A stretch of DNA of 57,239 bases, the filler included, from Dugesia japonica (Eukaryota), in assembly GCA_001938525.1 (NCBI GenBank). It is 5 parts of 5 records of this genome, joined end to end, with 100 filler letters (N's around TTAATTAATTAA, not from the genome) between each part and the next. Parts side by side here need not be neighbours in the genome. Positions count along the whole stretch, not along the records: positions 17,304 to 30,168 come from MQRL01586293.1; positions 30,269 to 44,043 come from MQRL01629977.1; 3 more parts are not named here. One strand, given 5' to 3'. How positions within the stretch are numbered: position 1 is the first letter of the stretch; every line of letters starts with the position of its first letter. Below, piece after piece: positions 22,487 to 35,268 of this stretch. The notes beneath the pieces were generated by a model. It did no database searches. It was not told the DNA's origin and saw only the letters and a program-made list of their open reading frames with translations. The position numbers and the translations under genes were made by a program.

Positions 22487-25115
22487 CTTCTCGCAGAACG
22501 AATCCATGTTTGACTAGGACATTTTCATACTTATCTATCACAGCTTGTAATTGATGCCTTTGGCGAGCCGTTAAATTGCTGCTAGTTATTTGTGTTTTTT
22601 AGCAAAATTTTCTTTGTTTAGGTTTAATTTGATCATAACTTTAATCATAATCTTTTTTATTGTCTGTTTCAGTTTAGTTGGTTACTATTGTCTATTGTAA
22701 TTTTAAATATTACCAAGTCCTCGTTTTAATTATTAAATTTTCCTAATGTCATACTTTTGAGAAGAGTAATCTCTTGATTATTAAATTGGCATTTCTTATG
22801 AACACGGTTCCATTTTTGGATTTGAAACATTTATCCACTATTGATATATTCCTCAATTGATATTATCCTCTTATTAAATATTAGGTTAAAAAAAAGTATT
22901 TCTCTATGAAAAGCTAACTTTAGTGGCAATATACATTTCGTTAGTATATACTGTACCCTGTTAATTTAGAGAGTAGCCCAATCTTTAAAATGCAGTCTTG
23001 TACCCTTTGATCAACAATTCGGAAGAGGTGTTGTATATTTTCGTTTTCTTGTGTGATATAACAGTTTATTATCTCTTTTATATATGTAACGAATGGCGCG
23101 TAAATGATCTGATCCTTTCTGATAATTTAGTACATAGATTATTTATTTGTTGCTGGTTAAGAATTATCTATTTTATTATTGAACATGCGGCCAGTGTCTA
23201 TTAATGGAGGTGTGTTGTTTCCGATTATTGATATAATCATTGTGATTATTTTATTAATTTTTAGATTTTTATTCGTTATTAATTTAATCCATTAATTTAA
23301 TTTTTGTAAAATTTAAGTTGCTAATTTTCTTTTCAGTATTTTGTTCAAATTAAACCCTGACAAGTTAGTTGTGTAAGGTGGGATTTGAGATTGTTTTTCT
23401 AAATTATTAATTTTATGTTTTTCACATAATCATGCTCTACGAATTTATTATGCTTTTCGAGATTCTCCCGTATCACAGTTTAAATCTTGTATATTACACA
23501 ACGGATGCGTCATCATTTTAACTGAAACAGAATCGAAAGAATCTTTAAAATTTATCGGCTTTACATAATAGATTTTTTTTACTAACAAACTGTCTATATA
23601 CATAATAATTTCAATCTTTACACTATTCTCCTGCTGTTGACTAACTAACTATATCTTTTGATTCTCATTTTTATTCTTGCTTTTAAATCTACATTTTCGT
23701 GGATTTTTTATCTTAAGCTTTATTACATTCTTTTCATGACATCATTACTGCTTCTGGTGAACAACTTGAAACTAATGGTACTGCTTAAGAACGGTGCTTC
23801 TTTGTAGTATTTTATAATGTATTACTATGCTTCGGCTTAAACGCAGATTCTTAATATATGTGCATAATTATATATCGAATATATTTATATTTGTTGGATG
23901 TGTTTCTGGGCAACTTTCTACATTCATTTATGATCCCAACCATAGATCTTATGATCTTCAATCCTAGACTAATATAGCGTTTGTATCTCTTGCTTAATTT
24001 AATAACGATTATTAATATCATCGTGCTGATTACTTTTAACTTCATTTTTATTTATCATATTTCTCATCTCATTCTCCAGTTTAGATATATTAATTGGGTT
24101 TTCATTTATTTTCTCTCCTTTTATAAAAAATAATGTCTCCCAGCTTCCGTGATGTTTTAATGAATGGTTGTCTAAATAACCCTCAACATAATTGATAACA
24201 CAAGGAATGAATCTAACGGGCTATATTTCGTCACAAATAATAAATCAACTCTTAAAACTGATGTTTCATTTTAGTTAATTAAAGTTAAGTGATAGTCTAA
24301 TTCGTTAAGATTAACTTATCATAAAATTTAACTAATATTAAAATTGTTATATAAAGCTTATTAATTATTGAAAGATTTGCTCTTTTATTGTATGTTTAAG
24401 TTTTGAATGGATACGGTCGTCATCGTAATTTCACAGTCCTCATTTGTAACATAAGATATTCCAAAACTCATATATTTGAGAGGAGTAATCTCTTGATTAT
24501 TATTTTGGCAATTCTTATGGACATGGTCCCATTTGTTTGAGAATGAAACATTTAAGTACTATTGATATATTTCTCAATTCATATTGTTCTCTAATTGAAT
24601 ATGTAGTTCAACAAATAACTATTTTCCCAATGAAACTCTGATTTTACTGGCATTATACATTTGCAGGAATAATCGATTTTTCTGTTAGAATTTAGATAAG
24701 TTCTTTGGAATTGATTTTGATAGTTCATTGTATCGTAAGTATAAAACGTATCCTGTTAGTTTAGAGAGTAGGCCAATCCCAAAATGCAATCTTTTAGCCC
24801 TTAATCAACAACTCGGAAGGGGTTTGTTAGCATAAGGCCCGTAAATGATTTTACCCCTTCTGATAATTTAGTATCTTATATTATAATTATTATATAAAGC
24901 ATATTAACGATTGGACGCTTTGCTTATATCACCCCCTGTGAAACTATTTTCACCCCGAAAAAAGAACAACGTAACAATTTTATGTCGCTAAAACAAGTAA
25001 TATCAAAATACACACACACACAAGCAGAATTGGAACACAACAAATTGAAACTTGTCTGATAACTACAGTGAATGCGGAACATTACTATAGCTCTCATTAT
25101 CGGGATTTGATTTTT

Positions 25116-26479
25116 CTATTTACTGGTGCTTGTTGTTCCTAGTTGAGGTTCTTTCTTCTTCTTCTTCTTCTTCTTCTTCGCTTGACTAGGAGGGTTTGTT
25201 GCGAATTTATCAGGATTGGGTATTACTTGTGTTCTATTGCCACCCGCCGTTTTTCCTTGGAAATTAAACGATACGACAAATGGATCTCCTGTTTCTTTAT
25301 TAACATATACAATCGACGATAAAATATATGGCTCTCCATTTATTTCTTTACGGTTTTTCTCCAGACTGGTATCAACCACAGCAGTGTGGATTATCTCTTT
25401 GCCGTCATAGGCTTCCAGTCTTTTCCTCCATCCCATTTTTGGGTTCTGGAAATAAAAAGATTCATCAAGACCAACGATTTCAGAATCTGATTCCGAGTCA
25501 GACAGGGATATAACTCCATCAGATTCCATTTCGGTTTCTTGTTGGGACACACTCTGAACAAATAAATCGATAAATTGATGACGATGAATAATGCTAATGA
25601 TGAAAATCTAATCTAAAACAAATTTGAAAATTACCAACATTTCCCTTTATAATTCAACCAATCAAATTCAAGGTCAAATTACACAACTATAACTTATCTA
25701 CGTATATTTGGAAAAACCAAATTTTACTATTTTAGTTTTATTATTAATTCTAGAATTATATAACAATTACTATTTTAATGTTATTATAATAATTATTTTC
25801 ACACCTCGTACTCTGAATTAGTCACTTCGAAACTCGAAAATTTTCCTTCGCATTTGTGTTTTGGTTTCTTTTTCACCATACTATTGCAACTGGGACAATG
25901 AATCCAACCTTCGGAACAATCATTTACATGAGCCTGTATTGTAAATCAAATATAATTTGTTTCAATATTTTAAAGCTTGCAAAATTATTTTAAAACTTAT
26001 AATTTTTACAAAATGTCGATTATTAAACATACCTCGAGGTTAATAAATTTCGTAGATACATTACAATCAGGACATTTTACCGTTTCTTTTTCCATGTCTT
26101 TCTTCAAAGCTTTATCTAGAAATATCTTAAACAGACTTAAAATTAAATAAAATTAACTAATAAAAAGTACCGATTCTTTATTATGAAAATTAACTGGATT
26201 AGCAATTTTACAAACATCACAGTAGAATTTAGATTCTCTAATATTCATAATAATAACAATAAATTATTTTGTAAAAATAAAATACAATTCATCATAGCAA
26301 CTTTGACAATATCTACTACCACAATCAGGATGCTGATATGTACTCGAAACGATAGCAAATTTACATATTGCACAAATTTGAATTTTAAAATGATATTTAT
26401 AAGCTACGTCACTGGATAGTTTTATTTTATTATTAGTGATTTCATACCAACATTTAATATCATCAGAAAATTTTGACAT
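25116..26479 (-). CDS. TRAF-like RING / TRAF-zinc-finger protein (~307 aa); exons 26479-26286, 26237-26171, 26125-26033, 25933-25805, 25553-25116
   Basis: Phase-consistent GT-AG splicing (introns of 48, 45, 99 and 251 bp) gives CAIC...DCGSRYCQSC...CDVC (RING), then IFLDKALKKDMEKETVKCPDC...LEAHVNDCSEGWIHCPSC (TRAF-type fingers). An acidic linker, a beta-rich C-terminal domain and a poly-Lys tail follow. Joining of the last exon is inferred. Confidence 0.75.
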
Positions 26480-27047
26480 TTAAAGAAACAATCAGGAAAA
26501 AATATACTAAATTTACTGAATTTATATTAATATTTTCGAAGTTAAATTTAGTAAGTTCAAATTTTCGCGCAATAATATTTAAGGAAAACAGACTTTATTT
26601 TCAAAGCTATTTGTATTTTATTTATTTTTCATTTTATTTGTCACTATTTTCATTAAAACGTAATAATACTACGTTGTATAAAATGCCAGCTGAAAAAGAG
26701 TTAATATTGAAGGATTACTCAATAATTACTCCTCTTTTTCGTAATTTGCGCTGATTTTGAATCACTTTTACCGATAGATCCTAAATACTTTCAACGACAT
26801 GAACGTATTTCTGCAGGGTTATTATTATTATATAATTTTATTAATGATACCCAGTACTATCATGTTATTGGTTGTGATTGTATTTTCGAATCTTGCAAAT
26901 GATTGAGGATATAACTAAAAATATTTTTCATTCATATTATTTAAATAACAGTAAAATACAATAATAATTACATCTCATGAGGAAATAAGTTTTAAAAATT
27001 CAACAATATGCTATTTATGCAATAAACAAATAATTAATCCTGTAAGA

Positions 27048-29035
27048 CAGGAGCGAACAACCTTTTTTAATCAACGGGCCAATTTAAATTGTAAAATTAT
27101 TTGGCGGGCCGCACATAAAGTAACACATATTAATAATTTACAAAACTTTATTTATAATAAACATTAGAATAAAAAAATTTAAAATTTAAAAAAAGTAAAG
27201 ATTTCATATACAAATTTTAATGCAAAATAAAAACAAACAAGAAAAGAACAGAAAAACGAATTTATTTAAAATTTTTAATGAGAAATTTGGCTCTGTTTTT
27301 TCTATACAAGCTGACCAATATCAGCCGGAATTGATGAGGTAGCTACACGTACGCAGCTTTCTAATCGTGCATCACTCAGTCTTGATCGGTGATAATTTTT
27401 GATTAATTTCATGGTTGAAAATAATTGTTCGCAAACATATGTACTTCCGAACAGAGACATCATTTACTTTGCACTTTCGTCAAAAGCGGAAATTTCTCAG
27501 AGCTCGCAAACGTTTTTATAAAAATTTTCGATGTTTACTGAGAAAATACATTTTTTAAAACGGTATTTTTCTGTATGTCAATAACTTTCATTTGAAATTC
27601 TTCGGGAACTGTATCCAAATCGATATTAAATGTCGAGGAAAACATTTTCATGGAAACCGCTGTCTTCTTAGCTTTGAACATTTGGAATCGTAATTGAAAT
27701 TCGTTGATTAAAATGTCTATATATTGTGCGTATTTTTGAGAAGTAGTAACGTTTTCTTTTTCTAAATGTGGAAAGTGAGACACATTATTCTGCAAAGGAT
27801 GCTGCTTCCACAACTTTAATTTGCGCTCAAAGCCCTGAATTTTATCATACAAATTATTAATAAACTGTCCTTTGCCTTGAAATTCCACAATAAGATCATT
27901 GAGATGTTGAGTCATGTCGATAAGAAACATCCATTCTTTATTACCAAATTGAGTCAAGGAATAACCCCTCATATCCAAGAACAACTGTATTTCGCTTTTT
28001 AAGTTGTTTACTCTTTTTAGCATTGCACATCTACTAAGCCAATGTACTTCGGTATTAAAAACCACGTCGCCATATTCAGTTTTTAAATCTTTCAGAAATT
28101 CTTTAAATTCACGGTGATTTAACGCGCGCAACTTTATAAAATTGATTAGTTTAATTATTGGTACTGTGACATTTGGCAAACTCAATCTTTTCTCACACAA
28201 ATTTTCTTGGTGAATTATGCAGTGGTTAACGAATAATTCCTTTCCTGTGACCTTCTTGATGTCTTGAAATAGCCTTCCCAATACTCATACTTCCACGCTT
28301 GAGATTGCTCGTGCTCCATCTGTCGATATACCGATAATATTTTATAATACAATTTTAAAATTTTTCCAACACAGACTTTAGTTCATCGTACTGGTATTTG
28401 CCGGTTGTAATCCCTTGCATTAGAATCAGTGAACACAATTCTTCGGTAATATTAAATTTGGTGTTAATACCACGATAAAAATATAGCCAGTTGTGCTGTA
28501 TCGCTAATATCGCAACTCTCATCAAGTGCTAAAGAATAGTATTTGAATTTTGCAATGCGTTCACGAAGCGTTGTTGCTATGTTCTCGGATAAGTCTTCAA
28601 TTCTCCTTGCAATGGTGAAACTTGATAAACTAATGTTTGAAATAATATTTATTTTATCAGAAAATGCTATTTCTGCAACAGCAGTCAGACATTCTTTTAT
28701 CATCTCTCCATCCGCAAAGAGTTTCACTTTTTTGCTAGTATTTGACTGAAAACAAATCTAGCCTTTACTGCCGTATTTGATAAAATAGCTTGATTTTTAA
28801 AAATAGTTTGTTGTTTCCCAAGGTTTTCTCCATTTGATTAAACTTGTCTATCCGGAGTTATCCTGTTAAGTTTTTATATTGTTGTTCATGTTTTGTATCA
28901 TAATGCCTTTTTATGTTATATTCTTTTAATGTCGACACAGTTTCTAAGCATATTAAGCATACAGCTTTATCTTTGACAAAAGTAAAAAAATAATCAAATT
29001 CCCACTTTTCTTGGAAATGCCTGTGCTCATCTGCA
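27048..29035 (-). mobile_element. hAT transposon (SPIN/Buster, GTF2IRD2-like transposase), frameshifted, 5' end disrupted
   Basis: TIR CAGGAGCGAACAACCTTTTT at 27048. ORF pieces FQEKWEFDYFF...CLIC...KEYNIKRHY, YYSLALDESCDISDTAQLAIF, HCIIHQENLC, TEVHWLSR and FGSTYVCEQLFS. Stop at ~27275. Confidence 0.93.
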
Positions 29036-29784
29036 ACCTGTATCATCTGCAAGATGTATCCGTTATACACATTCTCTCATCACCCGTATTACTCCTTTCA
29101 CAATCATCTGTCTCTCATTATCATTTACTCACTATCAGTTCTCGTTATCCCCTTACTCATAATACTATCCTCACTTATTAACACTTATCAACTCATGCCT
29201 TTTACAGTCTTATCATCATCATATAATATTCATCTCACATTTATCATTGACAGTTCGATTTCATCTCATATATTCATAAACATCGACAGCATAATCATAT
29301 ATTATCATAACATCTGTAACAAAACTCATCATAACTCATGGTGACACGTGATGGATGATCTCTTGAAGCCACCACTGCTAGCAAAGCTAATGAGTAGTGA
29401 TCGTCACCCCAGTCCCTCTTTATAGTCGAATATATGATTAAAAAAATTAAATGACTCAAATTACTTTTCGATTTGTTCCGATCCTTCAATGTGAGAGAAT
29501 TCTACTTGGCACATTGAACAAGAGTTTAAAAAGAAAATTTTTAGTCTGATTTTACAGAAATTTGCTTTGCCTTTTATACCTCACTGTATCGTCAAATTTT
29601 CTCAGATACAGTTGGCGTCCACTTCAGATTTCTGTAAATGCAAGAAATCGTACGCTCTTCGCACGTAGCTTCCACATAGATGTCCAAATATTGGCTTGAT
29701 TATTTTTAATTTTTGTTAATTCTGTAGCGGATTATGTGCTCACAGATGTACTATGTTTTTTCTCAAGTGGAGAGACTTAAAAAC

Positions 29785-30168
29785 ATAATTTTTTCCTGAA
29801 AAAATAATAAATTTCTGAAACTTTTAAGTGTTTTAGAAATAACGATAACTCCACCATCACATGCAAATATAAACATATCAATCCTAAAAGCTTATATAAA
29901 ATCATCAAACCTTCATCTACATATAAATTTCCTATCATAATTCCTTTTTGTTCATTATAAATAAGTATTTTTCTTAAAAAATAATAATTTTCTAAAACTT
30001 GTAAGAATTTTATAAATAAANNNNATCACATAATCACCTACAAATATGAAAATATCAATACTGAATTCTGACATAAAATCATCAGAGCTTCTTATACATA
30101 TAATTTTCCTGTTATAATTCCTCCGGGTTCATTATAAATAATAATATTTATTGAATAATAATAATTTT
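29785..30168. repeat. Tandem repeat, ~180-bp unit, about 2 copies
   Basis: ATAAAATCATCA...ATAATTCCT...GTTCATTATAAATAA recurs at ~180-bp spacing and runs into a gap. Confidence 0.65.
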
Positions 30169-30300
30169 NNNNNNNNNNNNNNNNNNNNNNNNNNNNNNNN
30201 NNNNNNNNNNNNTTAATTAATTAANNNNNNNNNNNNNNNNNNNNNNNNNNNNNNNNNNNNNNNNNNNNGCGTGTTTCATCCCAACTTAATTAATGTTAAA

Positions 30301-30790
30301 GAAGCATGATTTAATGAATAAACAGAAGATGATTGTATTCAAATTAAATAAGAAGATATTAAAAAATGGACATGAATTGTTTTTGGACGAAAAAGTAATG
30401 ACTTATTTCTTATTAATATTAATATTAATTTATTGTTTGAAGAGGTACTTCGTGAAATTTTTGAAGATAGCTTCACATTGATAAATGTGAACTCAAAGGA
30501 TTGGCCACAGCAACAGTACTGGAAAAGAATTAATCGTCTTTTTCAAATAAATGTTGTCAATCAAGTTGTTGAGGAAACCCGGAAAACCTGAAAATAAACT
30601 ATGACTAAGAAAACCAGTAACAAGTTAAATATTCACTGGATGGCAGTCATTTGAAAAATTAACTGGAGTTGCTATGTTTGTACCGGCGACATTCATCAAC
30701 CAACAGCATGTCAAGCGTTAGACGTGGTACTATAAAAAGGCTTCAGGATTATTATTTTTCAATGATTTACTTATCTTTTGTGAATCAAAA
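30301..30790 (+). pseudogene. Possible BCL2-family pseudogene, intronless
   Basis: LFEEVLREIFED...YWKRINRLF is BH1-like. After a frameshift, IFTGWQSFEKL is BH2-like, and a hydrophobic tail WYYKKASGLLFFNDLLIF follows. Several stops are present. This is motif-level resemblance only. Confidence 0.45.
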
Positions 30791-30989
30791 AATTTTAATC
30801 AAAAAAAATAAAAGGATTTACTATTCTTATTGCTACATTTAAAAATTGATTTATTATCACGAAGATAATACAGGAATATTAAGAAGTAATTTCATTTTAT
30901 TTTATAAATTATCTAATAGGAACTCTATTATAATCCGAGTGACATATGGACAAATGATGATCGCAGAGCAAAACGATTGAAAAGAAATA

Positions 30990-32244
30990 TTTTATTGTAA
31001 GAAAATGAAATCACAGCCAAACATTATGTGAAAGAAAATTGAAAGTTATTTAACAAGAAAATGAAATCACGGCCAAATATTTTGTGAAAGAGAGTAAAAA
31101 ATAATTTATTACAAGATAATGAAAGCATAGTCAAAAATTTCTTAACAGAAATGTAAAATTATTCATTACAAGAAAATGAAAGCAGAGACAAACTTTATGT
31201 AAAAGAATGTTAAAAATTATTTATTACAAGAAAATGAAAGCAGAGCCAAATATTCCTTAAAAGAGACTCGAAATTTATTTATGAAGAGTACGAATGGAAG
31301 TGATAATAATGGGAGCTCAATCGTCAATGGAATGTAGAATAACACCTTTCTTATTTTATTTTTGCAAATCATTTATTTTATTTGTTGGATTATTTTTGTT
31401 TGTTAATGAAGTTAAATTTGTTTTTGACAAAAATAAATTATTTAAAATTTTAGTTTTTTTTATTCTTGTTTGATTAAATAAGCTTTAATTAGTAGCTGAT
31501 CAGTTCGTCTATTTCACTAAAAGAATTTACTTCAACTGTGGCAGTTTTCTTTTCGTTAGATCAATTTGATTAAACCAATTTCGATACAGTTGAATTTAAA
31601 CTCGAAGTTACGCAGACTATATTTTAGACATGTGTAGGAATTTTTAAGTCTGAAGTATGTCCTGTTCTGTTGATAATAATACGGTCCGGATTAAGGAATA
31701 GATGTAGGGAATTCTTGAGAGAACCTCTGGGGACCGATAACTGACAGGCCACAGGCTGAGGAAACGTAACTTTAAAAAAAATATTTATTTCTTTTTTATC
31801 TAATAAATATAGTTTTGATGTTTATGATTAATAATTATTAATAGTAGCAGATAGACAGATTGAGTCGTTATTATGAACGAATAGCGAATGGTAGAATAAG
31901 TCTGATGTGAATAAACTAATAGATATTGAATTTGGCGGCTTAAAATTTCGTGTTTTGGTTATGTTTGACCAGTTTAATAATTTAGTCTAAACTGAGCAAG
32001 ATTCTAAAGTGGATATCATTATCAGAGTGCAAGATCCGATACCACAAAGTCGCGCTGGACCCAGGAAAGAGAGAAGCAAGACACAGAGGTGTCCCAAATA
32101 CTTGTGGATCCTAGGTATGCCCCTAGATTGAAATAAAATTGATAAAGATGTGGTTTGAACATATATGAGTGTTAAAATCTAAATTGAATGAAAATGTTTG
32201 GAAATTTAATAGCAACTTAAATCTAAAAGCCTAGAATCCCAACA
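30990..32244 (+). mobile_element. LTR-like unit of the AAT-associated family, right part, with ~57-bp tandem repeats at 30995-31285
   Basis: Ends ...ATCCCAACA. Segment 32040-32130 is the reverse-complement homolog of 44295-44380. The motif AGGCCACAGGC(C/T)GA is shared with 48578 and, in near-identical form on the minus strand, with 44500. Confidence 0.6.
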
Positions 32245-33162
32245 AATTTATTAACAGTAACTTAAAATTTACTTGTTAAAAAATATTTAATTATGTTTTT
32301 TAAAGGGTTTATTGGATATCATACAGTTTCTATGTATATTTATTTATACTTATAAGTTTTTATATAGTCTCATATTGATTATATGGATTCATACGGTTTC
32401 TATAAATATTTATTTAATCCTATAAGATATTTATACAATAATTTTAAGTTATGCAGATACTGCATCTCCTAATATTGTTCTGAAGGCAAGATTGTTTCTA
32501 ATTTTGAGGAAGTCTTAAAATCGTCAATCTGCCGTCCGTGGGCTAATATTCAAGAAAACACTTGTACCTTAGAACCAAAAATAGGAATTTCGCAGCTTTT
32601 TAATCTACCACGCATATCAAAAAATCTATTTTTTATTTTTAAATGTGAAATTTTATTTTTAACCTTACTTTTATTGTAAACATTAATCGAATTTTTATCG
32701 GCCTTATCATTTTTAATGGCTGTTTTAGTTTCTTCAGACAGTTACCTCTGTGACATTTATTTAGTAAAATTTTTTAAAATAATCTATTTTTTCTGTTTTC
32801 TGTTAATTTTGTCATTGAATTTTAAATTAAAAATCTTGACAAATCCATACTTCGTCAATACACATTCCACTGTAACAGAAAGAACTTTTTCTAAATTTCT
32901 AATTAAAAAGTTTTTCTAAATTTCTAATTAAAAAGTTTTTAAAAATTAATAACTTTAATTGTGTGTTAGCGCATTTTTTATACAAATATAAAAATTTTAA
33001 AGTATTTGATAAAATCTTACGTAAAATTTTTAATTTATTAAAACCATGATTACAATATAAGCACGAAAAAAGGTTTGTTTTATTGGATTTTTTCTATTAA
33101 CATTTAATTTAAAATCTGTGAAATTTGTAAATATTAATAGCTTTTCAAGTTAAACTTCAATA

Positions 33163-33479
33163 ATGGGTAAGGATGTTAGTTGGGGCACAATGGAATACTC
33201 GAGAGGAGTTATAAAATATGGAATTTCACCTTATGAACAAAGGCCATTCAGAGCAATGCTTCCTCGAGGAATATTCAATTTTTTAAGAGGGTTTAGAGCA
33301 AAACTTTTTCCTGTTGGCATACGTAATTAAACTTTTTTAATTAAACTTCATTTAAATCATTTTCAGCTATTCTTTTTTTTACTACATTGTTTTCTTGGGC
33401 TTTTGCTGAAAACGAAAGACAACACAAGAAAGCATTTTTGCACCCTGAATTTGTAGATGAGGGTGAAGATGAATGTTAA
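33163..33479 (+). CDS. UQCRQ: Cytochrome b-c1 complex subunit 8 (QCR8); exons 33163-33322 and 33367-33479
   Basis: MGKDVSWGTMEYSRGVIKYGISPYEQRPFRAMLPRGIFNFLRGFRAKLFPVGIPILFFTTLFSWAFAENERQHKK... contains the QCR8 YxxSPYEQRPF motif and a TM helix. It has a 44-bp GT-AG intron and a downstream AATAAA. The ORF track missed it. Confidence 0.92.
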
Positions 33480-33844
33480 TTAGGACAATGTATGCAATTA
33501 AAGTTTAGTTTCAAGTTCATTAGAAAATAAATTTTATTGATTGTATATTATGCATTATTTCTAACGGCTATTTTATTAAATTAAATTTATATTTTGATAA
33601 AATTTGTTAGTTTTATATAATAAATCGAATTATGTAAAAATTATATTAAAATTATACTAAATTAAAGAAAACTTATAAAATATTCAGTAATTCATACCCA
33701 ACTAATGGAAACTTTATCCCAACTTTATTTTGTTGAAAATTTCATCAAATATTAATGTTTAGTATTGAATTGGAAATATTTATTTAGTATAATTAAAGAG
33801 CATTTTTAATTTTGATTTTATTTCAAGCAACATTTTATTTTACA

Positions 33845-34120
33845 ATAAGAATTATTGCGAGAATAATGAGTGATCGTATTTGATTAAAATGTTATTTTTA
33901 ATATTTCGAATTTTAATAGATTTAAATAGAAAAACTTCTGGAATTTATTTGATTAAAATTTAATTGTTTAATTTATTTAATTATTATAAGTTACAATGAT
34001 TTTAAAATTGTATTATTTGATTAATATTTGTTCATGTTTCTTCCTGTGAAGTCTATAAATATAACCTGTTCCTACTGTTTTCCATGTAATGTGATGTTCT
34101 GGTGAAATTGTGTGTTGAAA
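33845..34120 (-). mobile_element. Penelope-like 3' fragment
   Basis: The minus strand reads QHTISPEHHITWKTVGTGYIYRLHRKKHEQILIK. Downstream AATTATTGCGAGAATAA is the reverse complement of the tail of the 10898 hammerhead unit. Confidence 0.55.
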
Positions 34121-34310
34121 GTGTAATAAAATTCAAATAATTAGGAAGAAATGGTCTTTTAATCTTTATTACTTTGAATGTTTGTGTTGAACCAAATGAT
34201 TTCTAAGTAAAATTATTTTTCGGAAATAATAATATGTATAAATCAGCGAATTTGAATTTTAAATTTCAATTAAATCGATTATTAATATTTCAAATATAAA
34301 ATTATTAAAA

Positions 34311-35030
34311 ATTAAATCGACACAATGCTATTCTACAAATTTTATTTGAGAAGATTCATACCATTCATTCTGACTGGCTTCTACTAAAAGATCAAAAAAG
34401 AGCATTGACTAATTCACCTCTTAGAGTAGATCTTCAAATAGAGAATAAAGTTAAAAAACTAGTTTTTCTGCTTGACGTCAAGACGCCATATGATGTCATT
34501 TCTGCTATGGAAAATGCAAATATAGAAAAATACCTCCAGTCAGAAATTCATAAACTTCTTCCTCATTGGAAGGTTCACCTCGATACCTTCATCGTTGGAT
34601 GCTTAGGCAGTTGGCAACCCAAAAAATGACGCAATCCTCAAATAACTGGAATTCTCAACGAAAAATGTATATGAAATCAAGCAAAAGTGTATTGGTGTGC
34701 ACATACATGGAGAAAGCACAATACATTCGATGCAGCTAGTTCCGAAAAAATTGTAAAATCAAACCAAGTCTTAATCATAGAAGAAGAACAAGAACAAACA
34801 AGGAAGTGAACAATAACTTTACTCAAAACCAAAAAATAAGTAAAAATTGATCAGGATATAATACAACAATCCAAATCAAACTGTGATCAAAAGACAATTT
34901 CAAAACAAAATTATGTAAACATGTTTGTGATCCTCAAGATTTTCTAAAAAATTACTTATTTATAAAAGGTTTTCTGTAGATCAATGACGTTCTTGTTTAC
35001 GATCTACTTGTACACAATAAAAATGTAAAA
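34311..35030 (+). mobile_element. 5'-truncated non-LTR retrotransposon with restriction-like endonuclease (NeSL/R2/R4-type)
   Basis: RHNAIL...LRVDL...LLDVKTPYD...EKY...IVGCLGSW matches the RHN / PD..D / KY / VGxLGSW motifs of the RLE domain. The right end is approximate. Confidence 0.8.
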
Positions 35031-35268
35031 ATAATTTGAATGAAATAAATTTTTTTATTCTAATAATATAACAAATATCCGACTTTGAATTTAAATCACT
35101 AAATTTCAATTATCAGATAAAACATCGACTAAAACCTTCCTAAAATCTGAGGAATGAATTAAACCGGTTTATTTAAATTTATACAGCAATCTAGGCCAAT
35201 CCAAATTGATCTTTATGTGAAATTTGAGATGGATGTCAATTTGGACATTAAGAATTTGTTACTAATTT

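Noticed and set aside
25116-25550. Stand-alone viral-like ORF
   Set aside because: The ORF call starts at GTG just after a good splice acceptor and is in phase with the upstream TRAF-like exons, so it is better explained as a terminal exon.
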